The notes under the pieces are model-generated. The model saw only the letters and a list, made by a program, of their open reading frames with translations. It searched no databases and was not told where the DNA came from. A DNA stretch of 64,000 nt from Escherichia phage vB_EcoM-G3G7: the sequence record MZ234040.1; one strand, 5' to 3'. The position numbers were made by a program, and so were the translations under genes. Of this stretch, positions 22,705 to 32,539 are shown piece by piece (position 1 is the stretch's first letter; each line of letters opens with the position of its first letter).

Positions 22705-22735
22705 AGTCTTACTGACATAACATGAGGACTTTATG

Positions 22736-23239
22736 ATGGATTTGCAGCTTATTACTACTGAAATGGTCGTTGAAGCATACGGTGATACTACAGATGGGAT
22801 TTCTGTATTCAAAGGAAATCGTCGAGTTGGATATATCACCGATCTTAAGAAAGATTTAGCTAAGCAAGTCAAGCGGAAAACGACCATTAAAGAATATCGA
22901 AATCGTCGTCTTGAGCAAGCCCGTGATATGCTTCCTGATGCGGTTGAGGAGATGAAAGTCTTTTTAGAAAATCAGCTTGCGAAATATGATTGCGATGTGT
23001 TCATTAATCAGACTCAACCTAATGTTCATATTAACAACTGTAAATGCTATATCATCGTTAATCCTTTAACGGGAAAACATCGTCTTGGAATTAGTAATCC
23101 AAATCGTAGCGCATCGGATATGGCAGAAGATGTTGCGGCGTGCTTTAAAATTTCTAAATCTCCGGCTGAACATCATATTTTAATTAACGGTCTTTCTCAA
23201 GACGATATTATAGAGGTTATTAAAACTTTATGCAATTAA
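22736..23239 (+). CDS. alc: Alc (host transcription shutoff; blocks elongation on cytosine-containing DNA)
   Basis: 167-aa ORF MDLQLITTEMVVEAYGDTTDGISVFKGNRRVGYIT... matches T4 Alc. Confidence 0.9.
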   Translation: MDLQLITTEMVVEAYGDTTDGISVFKGNRRVGYITDLKKDLAKQVKRKTTIKEYRNRRLEQARDMLPDAVEEMKVFLENQLAKYDCDVFINQTQPNVHINNCKCYIIVNPLTGKHRLGISNPNRSASDMAEDVAACFKISKSPAEHHILINGLSQDDIIEVIKTLCN

Positions 23240-23583
23240 GTAATACGACAGCAGGTTTGCTATTAATTGTAATTGCATTAGGCGGAACTTCTTTAATTTT
23301 AAAAAATAAAATTGAAAGATTAGAAACGTCTGTTGTAGAAATTACAAAAACGGCCAATGAAAACGCCTTAGCATTAAATAATTTGCGAATTCAGTATAAT
23401 TATATTGATGCGATGAATAATAAAAATCGTGAGGCGATTGCTGCTATTGAGCGTGAAAATGAAAAACTGCGCAAAGATGCAAAGAAGGCGGATGTGGTGG
23501 CTCGTAAGCCAGGATTGGTTGAAAAACAAATCAACAACTCCTTCAACAAGTTCGCAGAAGACATCCAGGACCTTTCTAAATGA
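23230..23583 (+). CDS. pseT.3: inner-membrane spanin subunit (i-spanin; pseT.3-like)
   Basis: 117-aa ORF with N-terminal transmembrane helix (TAGLLLIVIALGGTSLIL) and coiled-coil-like remainder; T4 spanin position. Confidence 0.75.
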   Translation: MQLSNTTAGLLLIVIALGGTSLILKNKIERLETSVVEITKTANENALALNNLRIQYNYIDAMNNKNREAIAAIERENEKLRKDAKKADVVARKPGLVEKQINNSFNKFAEDIQDLSK

Positions 23584-23879
23584 TTAAACTATCAGCAGTA
23601 ATATTATCTATTGGTCTTCTAGTTGGTTGTTCGACAAAGCCTCTAGAAGTAAAGAAAGAAACAGTTCATCCTAATTGGCCTGTACAGATAAAGTCATATG
23701 ATGAAGCTAAACTATCTTGGCAAGTTAAAGTTATTGATGGTAAAGCTTGGGTCGGTATGCCATTTGAAGATTCCCAGGAATTTCGTATTTGGCTTAATGA
23801 TGTAAAACGATATGTACATGACCAAAAAACTATGATATGTTATTATCGTCAAGAGTTAAAAGAGGATAAATGTAAATGA
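23580..23879 (+). CDS. pseT.2: outer-membrane lipoprotein spanin subunit (o-spanin; pseT.2-like)
   Basis: 99-aa ORF with lipobox LLVGC|S and conserved Cys residues; ATGA overlap with the i-spanin stop. Confidence 0.75.
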   Translation: MIKLSAVILSIGLLVGCSTKPLEVKKETVHPNWPVQIKSYDEAKLSWQVKVIDGKAWVGMPFEDSQEFRIWLNDVKRYVHDQKTMICYYRQELKEDKCK

Positions 23880-24102
23880 TTTCATGGCATCAATTTGAAC
23901 ATCTCAAAGGATTGATTTATGAATCCGAGATGGCTGCAATGATTTATGGACGCCAGATTCAGCGGTTAGAATCTTTACCTCCAACTAATGATGTTTTATT
24001 AGCTCAATCCCGTGCTAATCTCAAAAATGAATATCAAAATAAGTGGGGTAAAGCATCTAAAGACCTGCATGATTATATTCAATCATTAGTTGAGAAAAAT
24101 AA

Positions 24103-24106
<4 letters not shown>
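23876..24106 (+). CDS. small early protein (pseT.1-like by position)
   Basis: 76-aa ORF, translationally coupled (ATGA overlap). Confidence 0.55.
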
Positions 24107-25324
<1,218 letters not shown>

Positions 25325-25325
<1 letters not shown>

Positions 25326-25522
25326 TGGCTTGGCACCATGAAACTTGGGCTATTGTTATTGTAAATAGCGGTTTAGTTGGTACTAGTAATGGGCAATTTT
25401 GTGTATTTACTAGTGAAAATAGAGCATGGGAGGAATGCCTTAAATTAAGAGAAAAGAATCCTGATGTTGAACTAGTAGTAAAGAAAACTAAACTGCCTTT
25501 ACCATGGAAAACGTATGAATAA
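25325..25522 (+). CDS. small early protein (cd-pseT intergenic cluster)
   Basis: 65-aa ORF MAWHHETWAIVIVNSG...; TAATG overlap with the pseT stop. Confidence 0.5.
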
Positions 25523-25715
25523 CCTAGAAAAGATTTATCGTCTTTGTGATAAAATTGAAAAAGAAAAGAAATATCTATTTTGTCTATGGCCTATTGTTGA
25601 CGGAAGAGTAGGCCTAGATGTTCTTGATTATGAAACAGAAGACAAAGTAGATGGCGCAACTTTTGATAACGCTTTGGATGTTATTGATTGGCTCGAAGAA
25701 AATTATGTGAGGTAA
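25515..25715 (+). CDS. small early protein (cd-pseT cluster)
   Basis: 66-aa acidic ORF overlapping the previous stop by 8 nt. Confidence 0.5.
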   Translation: MNNLEKIYRLCDKIEKEKKYLFCLWPIVDGRVGLDVLDYETEDKVDGATFDNALDVIDWLEENYVR

Positions 25716-25717
25716 AT

Positions 25718-25993
25718 ATGTTTCCGACTTACTCTAAAATCGTAGAAGTAGTGTTTAGCCAAATTATCGCTAATAATATGTTTGAAAAACTTGATAACGC
25801 AGCTGAGCTTCGAATCCATGCTCAAGTGACTCATGTATTGAACACTTTGCTTCCAGACCAGGTGGATTCTGTTGCCATCACGTTGTATCCAGGTTCCGCG
25901 CATATCATTGTCGTATTCGGTCTTGATGCTGAGCTAGTCATCAAAGGCGATATTCGCTTTGAATCACAGACATCAGAATTCAAAGCAATTTAA
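25718..25993 (+). CDS. small early protein (cd-pseT cluster)
   Basis: 91-aa ORF; GAGG 5 nt upstream of ATG 25718. Confidence 0.5.
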   Translation: MFPTYSKIVEVVFSQIIANNMFEKLDNAAELRIHAQVTHVLNTLLPDQVDSVAITLYPGSAHIIVVFGLDAELVIKGDIRFESQTSEFKAI

Positions 25994-25994
25994 A

Positions 25995-26024
25995 GTTTAC
26001 TTTACGGTAGAGTTGTGATATTAT
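25995..26024 (+). promoter_or_regulatory. T4-type early promoter
   Basis: GTTTAC at 25995-26000, 18-nt spacer, TATTAT at 26019-26024. Confidence 0.55.
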
Positions 26025-26054
26025 AGCTCTACCAAAACAAATGAGGAAATTGAA

Positions 26055-26582
26055 ATGAGCGAATGGTTTGAAGAAGATAAGGTTTATCGCTTTAAAGCTG
26101 GATATAAAGATATTTTTAATGAAACTTGCGGGGCTAATAAACGAATTGCCCAGTTTATTGGGGAAAATTCATTTAAAGTAAAAATAGATCCTGCGAAAAA
26201 TGTTATTAGCATTAAACGTGAAATTGATGATTGTTGGTATAAAGCTGTTGATGTAATGGGTGAATCCTATAAAGTTAGCCCGTTATTTTCAATTGCTTAT
26301 ATGTTAGAATATTCTTTTTTCGAAGAAGTTCAAAAAGATGATTCTGTAAGTAAATTTGAAATTAAAACTGATAAAGAAATTAAGTGGAAAGTAGTAGGTA
26401 TTACTGGTTGCATGTTTTATATCTATGCTCAAACTGATACAAAGGAAGAAGCTAAAAAGAAAGCTCTAGAATATCTTGAAGAGTATGAAGAAGGCCCGGT
26501 AATGATTACTCAAGATGCTGAATTAGTTTCTGTCAAATTAGTTAAAAACGTTGAAAGTAAGGAGCTGGGATCAACATGCTAA
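26055..26582 (+). CDS. early protein, unknown function (175 aa)
   Basis: ORF with GAGG upstream of ATG, downstream of an early promoter. Confidence 0.6.
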   Translation: MSEWFEEDKVYRFKAGYKDIFNETCGANKRIAQFIGENSFKVKIDPAKNVISIKREIDDCWYKAVDVMGESYKVSPLFSIAYMLEYSFFEEVQKDDSVSKFEIKTDKEIKWKVVGITGCMFYIYAQTDTKEEAKKKALEYLEEYEEGPVMITQDAELVSVKLVKNVESKELGSTC

Positions 26583-26812
26583 GTGAAAAACCAATTACTG
26601 TTAAAGAATTCCAAGAAAAAGTTAAACTATTTGCGCAGGAATTAGTAAATAAGGTTTCTGAACGATTTCCCGAAACATCGGTTCGTGTTATTACCGAAAC
26701 TCCTCGTTCAGTATTAGTAATTGTGAATCCAGGTGATGGCGATCAAATATCGCATCTTAAACTGGATTTTGATGGATTAGTTGAAGCACAAAGGGTGTAT
26801 GGCGTACTATGA
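26576..26812 (+). CDS. small early protein (78 aa)
   Basis: Overlapping start/stop (translational coupling). Confidence 0.5.
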   Translation: MLSEKPITVKEFQEKVKLFAQELVNKVSERFPETSVRVITETPRSVLVIVNPGDGDQISHLKLDFDGLVEAQRVYGVL

Positions 26813-27147
26813 TGAATTTAACTGATATAATTGATAATTGTCTTGAAAATGATACTGGCGATCATAGAGCGCTTGATTCTGAAACAGCACAGTTCATTAG
26901 AATAACTTTAATGAATGATACTTTGGTGAATAGTATTCATCCTTCTGTGTATGATGCTATTATTGTGACGAAGTATCCAGTTGAGCTTCACAAAAAGATG
27001 GTTGGTGCAATTTTTATTGATAAGAAAAACCGCTTTAAAGATGGGCAGAATATAATTAGTTCTGTTATTAAAAGTATAACTAAACTTCGTCACGAAATTT
27101 ATCGTGTTGAAACTGCTAAATCTGCTTATCTGGTGATTATGAAATGA
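26809..27147 (+). CDS. small early protein (112 aa)
   Basis: ATGA overlaps on both sides. Confidence 0.5.
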   Translation: MMNLTDIIDNCLENDTGDHRALDSETAQFIRITLMNDTLVNSIHPSVYDAIIVTKYPVELHKKMVGAIFIDKKNRFKDGQNIISSVIKSITKLRHEIYRVETAKSAYLVIMK

Positions 27148-27725
27148 AAGCGAGTACAGTACTTCAAATTGCATATTTAGTATCGCAAGAATCAAAATGT
27201 TGCTCCTGGAAGGTAGGAGCAGTAATTGAAAAGAATGGACGTATTATTTCTACTGGGTATAATGGTTCACCTGCAGGGGGTGTGAACTGTTGTGATTATG
27301 CTGCTGAGCAAGGTTGGTTGCTGAATAAACCTAAACATACTATCATTCAAGGTCATAAGCCTGAATGTGTATCATTTGGTTCAACTGATCGTTTTGTCTT
27401 GGCGAAAGAACATCGTAGTGCTCACTCGGAATGGTCATCTAAAAATGAAATTCATGCTGAACTAAATGCGATTTTGTTTGCTGCACGAAATGGTTCTTCA
27501 ATTGAAGGTGCTACTATGTATGTAACACTTTCTCCTTGTCCGGATTGCGCAAAAGCGATAGCTCAGTCTGGAATTAAAAAACTGGTTTATTGCGAAACAT
27601 ACGATAAAAATAAACCTGGCTGGGATGATATTCTGCGAAATGCAGGTATTGAAGTGTTTAATGTTCCTAAGAAAAACTTAAATAAGTTAAACTGGGAAAA
27701 TATCAACGAATTCTGTGGTGAATAA
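27144..27725 (+). CDS. cd: dCMP deaminase
   Basis: 193-aa ORF with zinc-binding deaminase motifs HAELNAI and SPCPDCAKAI; matches T4 Cd. Confidence 0.93.
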   Translation: MKASTVLQIAYLVSQESKCCSWKVGAVIEKNGRIISTGYNGSPAGGVNCCDYAAEQGWLLNKPKHTIIQGHKPECVSFGSTDRFVLAKEHRSAHSEWSSKNEIHAELNAILFAARNGSSIEGATMYVTLSPCPDCAKAIAQSGIKKLVYCETYDKNKPGWDDILRNAGIEVFNVPKKNLNKLNWENINEFCGE

Positions 27726-27961
27726 TGAAATTTCGTTTGGTACAGCTCACAGCAATTAGTTCTTATTCCAACGAGAACATTTCATTTGCTGTAGAGTATA
27801 AGAAGTATTTTTTCTCTAAATGGAAGCAGTATTATAAGTCAAACTGGGTTTGTATTGATAGACCACATAGTTGGAAATCTGATTTAGAAAAATGCCAAAA
27901 ATTACTTTCCACTCTTAAAGAACGTGGAACAACTCATATTAAAACTGTAATAGGTAAATAA
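27725..27961 (+). CDS. small early protein (78 aa)
   Basis: ORF coupled to the cd stop. Confidence 0.5.
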   Translation: MKFRLVQLTAISSYSNENISFAVEYKKYFFSKWKQYYKSNWVCIDRPHSWKSDLEKCQKLLSTLKERGTTHIKTVIGK

Positions 27962-28270
27962 ATGAAACTGACGACTGAACAAAAAGTAGCAATTCGTGAA
28001 ATTTTGAAAACTAAATTGTCCATGGGTGTTTCAAACGTAGTTTTTGAAAAGTCTGATGGTACTATTCGTGTTATGAAAGGTACTCGCGATGCTGACTTTA
28101 TGCCAACCATGCAAACTGGTAAATTGACTGAATCTACTCGGAAAGAATCTACTGATATGATTCCAGTATTTGATGTTGAACTTGGTGCATGGCGAGGTTT
28201 TTCTATTGACAAATTGATTTCCGTTAATGGTATGAAAGTTGAGCATTTGCTCCAATTTATTGGTAAATAA
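27962..28270 (+). CDS. small early protein (102 aa)
   Basis: ORF immediately following, ATG 27962. Confidence 0.5.
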   Translation: MKLTTEQKVAIREILKTKLSMGVSNVVFEKSDGTIRVMKGTRDADFMPTMQTGKLTESTRKESTDMIPVFDVELGAWRGFSIDKLISVNGMKVEHLLQFIGK

Positions 28271-28326
28271 ATGCTTTAAGAATTATTTGTTATTATTAAT
28301 TCATCTGTTAACAAAAAGGAAAAACG

Positions 28327-28662
28327 ATGTCTGAAGTACAACAGCTACCAATTCGTGCTGTCGGTGAATATGTTATTTTAGTTTCTGAACCTGCACAAGC
28401 CGGTGATGAAGAAGTTACAGAATCAGGACTTATTATCGGTAAACGTGTTCAAGGTGAAGTTCCTGAACTGTGTGTAGTTCACTCTGTCGGTCCTGATGTT
28501 CCTGAAGGTTTCTGCGAAGTTGGCGATTTGACTTCTCTTCCAGTTGGTCAAATTCGAAATGTTCCGCATCCTTTTGTAGCTCTGGGTCTTAAGCAGCCAA
28601 AAGAAATTAAACAAAAATTCGTTACCTGTCACTATAAAGCTATTCCGTGTCTTTATAAGTGA
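28327..28662 (+). CDS. 31: co-chaperonin gp31 (GroES analogue for capsid protein folding)
   Basis: 111-aa [64 protein letters not shown]... matches T4 gp31. Confidence 0.93.
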
Positions 28663-28670
28663 TATAAATA
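28663..28670 (+). promoter_or_regulatory. possible T4-type late promoter (TATAAATA) downstream of gene 31
   Basis: Exact TATAAATA on plus strand, about 140 nt upstream of rIII. Confidence 0.35.
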
Positions 28671-28809
28671 ATAATATGAATTGGGTGTCGGAATAATAAG
28701 TTAACCGAACAATTCTATGTGGTAGTCTACAACTGAGAGATCTGTCGAAAGAAGATGAAATTCAGAAGAACGTGACTACCGAGTTTTAATCTCTAACGAG
28801 AATTTTTAA

Positions 28810-29058
28810 ATGATTAAACAATTACAACACGCTCTTGAACTGCAACGAAACGCATGGAATAATGGTCACGAAAACTATGGCGCATCTATTGATGTTGAAG
28901 CCGAAGCTCTTGAAATCCTGCGTTATTTCAAACATCTGAATCCTGCTCAAACTGCATTAGCTGCTGAGCTTCAGGAAAAAGATGAACTTAAATATGCTAA
29001 GCCTCTGGCTTCTGCTGCACGAAAAGCAGTTCGTCACTTTGTGGTAACACTGAAGTAA
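28810..29058 (+). CDS. rIII: rIII lysis-inhibition accessory protein
   Basis: 82-aa ORF at the T4 rIII position between gene 31 and the 30.x cluster. Confidence 0.7.
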   Translation: MIKQLQHALELQRNAWNNGHENYGASIDVEAEALEILRYFKHLNPAQTALAAELQEKDELKYAKPLASAARKAVRHFVVTLK

Positions 29059-29456
29059 TTTATTGGAGAGTCACTGCCTTAGTGTGAAGTTAAAACGAGG
29101 AGCCGTCGAACTGTCTGATTAATGATTTGCGAATCATTATAGTTTTAAGACCCCGGCAGTTTTACGGTGTACCTCTTGAATGTTATTCTTATAGCGGCAA
29201 GTGCATGCTACCCCGAGGTGATGGCCAATCGGGAGTACGCCTCAAGGCCTATATATCCATCAGTATATATCTTATCCTCGAGAAATCGAACCCGGAACCT
29301 TTAAGCTAACGGTGTGCAACAGATAAGAGCTATAAGGTATGATGACGGGTTTATGGTTATCCTGGTCGTTAAATATCAAAAAACCTATGTTCCCCTTGAG
29401 GGCTTGCGCAGGCAATGCCAATAAGTCCTGCATTTTCATTTAAAAGAGAATTTATA

Positions 29457-29633
29457 ATGGCAAAACAAGCTAAAGCAAAGAAAGCAGTTGAAAAGAAAGT
29501 TGGTGATTCTAAACGCGCTGGCTACAAGCGTGGGTCGAACTCTCGTATCAATCAAACTGTTGAGAAGATCATGCGCCGAGCACGTGCGGTTCTTCGAGAT
29601 GATGCTTCTCGTTTTGGTAAGCAGAAAGCATAA
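29457..29633 (+). CDS. small highly basic protein (MAKQAKAKKAVEKKVGDSKRAGYKRGSN...), unknown function
   Basis: 58-aa ORF (alternative upstream ATG at 29415 gives 72 aa); followed by a strong terminator. Confidence 0.5.
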   Translation: MAKQAKAKKAVEKKVGDSKRAGYKRGSNSRINQTVEKIMRRARAVLRDDASRFGKQKA

Positions 29634-29638
29634 GTTGA

Positions 29639-29667
29639 GGACTCCTTCGGGAGTCCTTTTTTATTTT
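29639..29667 (+). terminator. intrinsic terminator
   Basis: GGACTCC-TTCG-GGAGTCC hairpin followed by TTTTTTATTTT. Confidence 0.85.
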
Positions 29668-29686
29668 CCAAAGATTGCATAAAGTT

Positions 29687-29716
29687 GTTTACAGTATGGT
29701 TCCTTTGTGATAGTAT
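29687..29716 (+). promoter_or_regulatory. T4-type early promoter
   Basis: GTTTAC at 29687-29692, 18-nt spacer with TGTGA, TAGTAT at 29711-29716. Confidence 0.55.
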
Positions 29717-29743
29717 TATCTTACACAAACAAAGGAGAATAAA

Positions 29744-30076
29744 ATGAAAACGATTAATCTGAACGCTGCAGTTAAAACTAAATGCTTCAATGGTAAATAT
29801 GATGAAACTATGTGGTTCTTAATGGCAGTTGAAGGTGATATTATTGAAGTAGAAACAACAGAAGGTATGGGAACAGATTTCACCTTTACAATTCAAGTTC
29901 ATAATTTCTTTACTGGTTGGATTTATGAATTGAATACAGTAATCGTTGGAAAAATTGAACAAAATGAATTAGGTGAATGGTATTATGTTACAGCTCGCCA
30001 ACGTGCCGAACGCTTAATTGAGAAGATGAAAAAAGTTGGTAAACTTGACATGCAGCATTGGAAAGTAGTAAAATAA
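29744..30076 (+). CDS. early protein, unknown function (110 aa)
   Basis: AAGGAGAATAAAATG context. Confidence 0.6.
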   Translation: MKTINLNAAVKTKCFNGKYDETMWFLMAVEGDIIEVETTEGMGTDFTFTIQVHNFFTGWIYELNTVIVGKIEQNELGEWYYVTARQRAERLIEKMKKVGKLDMQHWKVVK

Positions 30077-30078
30077 TT

Positions 30079-30108
30079 GTTTACTTTGGTACAGGATATG
30101 ATATTATA
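30079..30108 (+). promoter_or_regulatory. T4-type early promoter
   Basis: GTTTAC at 30079-30084 and TATTAT/ATTATA around 30102-30108. Confidence 0.5.
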
Positions 30109-30143
30109 TACCTGTACCGCAATTAAACATCTTGGAGAATAAA

Positions 30144-30509
30144 ATGAACTACATCAACTTTGAACGTAAATATGTTTCTAATGGTATTGCAGGTTCTATT
30201 GATACTATTTGCCTTTGGAAACATCAAAATGGATCAGTATGCGAAATTGAGCAGTATATGACTCCTAATTACGTTTATATGCGATTTGAAAACGGTATCA
30301 CGGTTTCAATCACGATGGAAGGTTCCAACTTTAAAATCGCTCTGGATGATGATTTCCGTGAACGCGATTTAGGGACTCATCCTTGCTGGAATGGCGTTAA
30401 TCGCAAGCTTTTGGTTAAAACTTGGATTCGTCATATTCTGAGTAACAGAGCTAAACCTGAGCATCTTGAAGCAATCTTTGATGTAGTTCTTAACGAATTT
30501 GATATTTAA
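30144..30509 (+). CDS. early protein, unknown function (121 aa)
   Basis: TTGGAGAATAAAATG context; ORF-track start at 30132 is a TTG. Confidence 0.6.
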   Translation: MNYINFERKYVSNGIAGSIDTICLWKHQNGSVCEIEQYMTPNYVYMRFENGITVSITMEGSNFKIALDDDFRERDLGTHPCWNGVNRKLLVKTWIRHILSNRAKPEHLEAIFDVVLNEFDI

Positions 30510-30549
30510 AATAAATGAGGGGCTTTGGCCCCTTACTGAGGAAAATGTT

Positions 30550-30837
30550 ATGTTTATGACTACTTATTTTGATACCCGTAAAAACTTCTGCGAAGTAGTT
30601 TTCTCAAAGGCGCCTAAAGACCTTCCTGCACATTTGCAACCTACTAGCGAATCGATTAAAAACTACGTTAATGTAGTCTGCCCTTTAGAGTTCCGTACTG
30701 TAAATGGGCGCGATACTTTAGCTATCACTAAACTCAATCGCGAAATTGACATTGATCCCTCAATTGCACGTGAAATTAATAGTTCTGATATTAATGGCGG
30801 TAATGTTAAATCGCACGGTTTTCAGATGAGGTTTTAA
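30550..30837 (+). CDS. early protein, unknown function (about 95 aa)
   Basis: GAGG upstream of ATG 30550; preceded by hairpin AGGGGC-TTTG-GCCCCT. Confidence 0.5.
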   Translation: MFMTTYFDTRKNFCEVVFSKAPKDLPAHLQPTSESIKNYVNVVCPLEFRTVNGRDTLAITKLNREIDIDPSIAREINSSDINGGNVKSHGFQMRF

Positions 30838-31034
30838 TGAAATTCTTTTTAGGTCAAACTGTTGAATTAAAGGGAGTTGGTATACCTGGATTAATTTCTA
30901 AGGTTCTACCTCCATTTAAATGGAGTGGTATTCAAATAAAAGAGGCTTATATTGTTTCCTGGGTAGATGGAAATGAAGACCTTCGTATGGGTGATGAATT
31001 ATCTCCTATCTACGGATTAAAGGAAATAGTATGA
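30837..31034 (+). CDS. small early protein (65 aa)
   Basis: ATGA overlap with the upstream stop. Confidence 0.5.
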   Translation: MKFFLGQTVELKGVGIPGLISKVLPPFKWSGIQIKEAYIVSWVDGNEDLRMGDELSPIYGLKEIV

Positions 31035-31237
31035 ATATAATTAATAAGATTTTTGGAATTCAGTACATTAAGGTCACATATAAAGTAACAGATAAAAATC
31101 CATATACTGATGAACACGAAGAACCACAAGTTAAGTCTATTATATTAGAAAAGGACCCTAACTGGCCAGTTGAATTTCGTCTTCCTTGCTATGGTCATTG
31201 GGCTGATGTTGAAATTATAAGCATTGAAAATGTCTGA
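31031..31237 (+). CDS. small early protein (68 aa)
   Basis: ATGA overlap with the upstream stop. Confidence 0.5.
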   Translation: MNIINKIFGIQYIKVTYKVTDKNPYTDEHEEPQVKSIILEKDPNWPVEFRLPCYGHWADVEIISIENV

Positions 31238-31688
31238 GTTAGAGATTAGAAGCAATTTTAGGTGGCCATCATGTGCATTAAGTAATTTCGCCCATTGGCC
31301 TTTCGTTATGGATGGCATTCAATTTGGAGGTCTTGAAGGATTCCTCCAAGGATGCAAAGTGAAAAATGTTGAACAACAACGTCGTATATTTGGGTTATCC
31401 GGGCTTGCCGCCCAACAAGCTGGAAGGTCTTATGCAAGAGCTCAGGACCGTGGGACCCTCTTCTGGCTTGGAGTTCCATTTTCAAGATACTCCCCGGCGT
31501 GGAAAGAATTATACACAAATGCATATTTTGAAGCAGCGATCCAAAACAAGGGCTTCCGTGATGCATTACAAGCCTCGAAAGGAAAAGTTTTGAAGCACAG
31601 CATGGCTAGTGGTCTAACAAAAGATGATACAATACTAACCGAAGCTGAATTTATTGATGTGTTAAACCTATTAAGAGACTCTCTATGA
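31224..31688 (+). CDS. YbiA/NADAR-family-like protein (putative N-glycosidase / ADP-ribose processing domain)
   Basis: 154-aa ORF; LSNFAHWPFVMDGIQFGGLEGFLQGCKV resembles the signature SNFA.WP...DG......EH.FQA.K of E. coli YbiA / DUF1768 proteins (recalled, not searched). Confidence 0.5.
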   Translation: MKMSELEIRSNFRWPSCALSNFAHWPFVMDGIQFGGLEGFLQGCKVKNVEQQRRIFGLSGLAAQQAGRSYARAQDRGTLFWLGVPFSRYSPAWKELYTNAYFEAAIQNKGFRDALQASKGKVLKHSMASGLTKDDTILTEAEFIDVLNLLRDSL

Positions 31689-32539
31689 AGCCTACTATTT
31701 TAACTGATATTGATGGAGTATGTTTAAGCTGGCAATCAGGCCTTCCTTATTTTGCTCAGAAATATAATCTTCCGTTAGAACATATTTTAAAAATGATCCA
31801 GGATGAGAAATTTATTTCTCCTGGTAAACTATTTAATTGCGATGAAGAACTTGGCGTTAAGCTAATTGAAAAATACAATCGTTCGGATTTTATTCGATAC
31901 TTGTCTCCATATAAAGATGCCCTGTGTGTAATTAACAAATTAAAAGAAGATTATAATTTTGTAGCTGTTACAGCATTGGGTGATTCTATTGACGCTCTGC
32001 TGAATCGTCAATTTAATTTGAATGCTCTTTTTCCTGGTGCCTTCTCAGAAGTACTGATGTGTGGTCATGATTCTTCAAAAGAAGAGTTGTTCAAAAAGGC
32101 AAAAGAAAAATATAACGTAATTTGTTATATTGACGATCTCGCTCACCACTGCGATCACGCAAGTGAAATATTAAATGTTCCTGTTTATTGGATGGCTCGA
32201 GGGGAACGTGACAGTATTCCAAAAACTGCACAGCGAGTTTATACATGGAATGATGTAGAGAATAAGCTTTTTCCATCGAAGGAAAATAAAGAAAGTTTTG
32301 ATAGTGAAAAAGTTATAAAAGATGTAATTGAGAAGATGATTAAAAACGATTCTTTTCGTTGGAACACTACTTGGAGAACTCCTGGATTTAATCCTTATAA
32401 TCCATATCATCCATATTATACACACTCACATCAGATGCATCCATTCCATACGTGGAGTTATATTAAGCCTGGCGACGCAGGGTATTTTAATAGACTTACT
32501 AGTGGTAGTGGTGATAATATTTTCCAAGGAGCATTCTAA
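31685..32539 (+). CDS. HAD-superfamily hydrolase-like protein with Pro/Tyr/His-rich C-terminal tail
   Basis: 284-aa ORF; N-terminal ILTDIDGV (HAD motif I DxDG); C-terminal PGFNPYNPYHPYYTHSHQMHPFHTW low-complexity region. Confidence 0.5.
   Translation: MKPTILTDIDGVCLSWQSGLPYFAQKYNLPLEHILKMIQDEKFISPGKLFNCDEELGVKLIEKYNRSDFIRYLSPYKDALCVINKLKEDYNFVAVTALGDSIDALLNRQFNLNALFPGAFSEVLMCGHDSSKEELFKKAKEKYNVICYIDDLAHHCDHASEILNVPVYWMARGERDSIPKTAQRVYTWNDVENKLFPSKENKESFDSEKVIKDVIEKMIKNDSFRWNTTWRTPGFNPYNPYHPYYTHSHQMHPFHTWSYIKPGDAGYFNRLTSGSGDNIFQGAF

Noticed and set aside
29270-29300. tRNA-like GGGTTCGA motif on the minus strand in the ORF-free segment
   Set aside because: Flanking sequence cannot form a T-stem or an acceptor stem; no cloverleaf can be drawn, so a tRNA is not supported.
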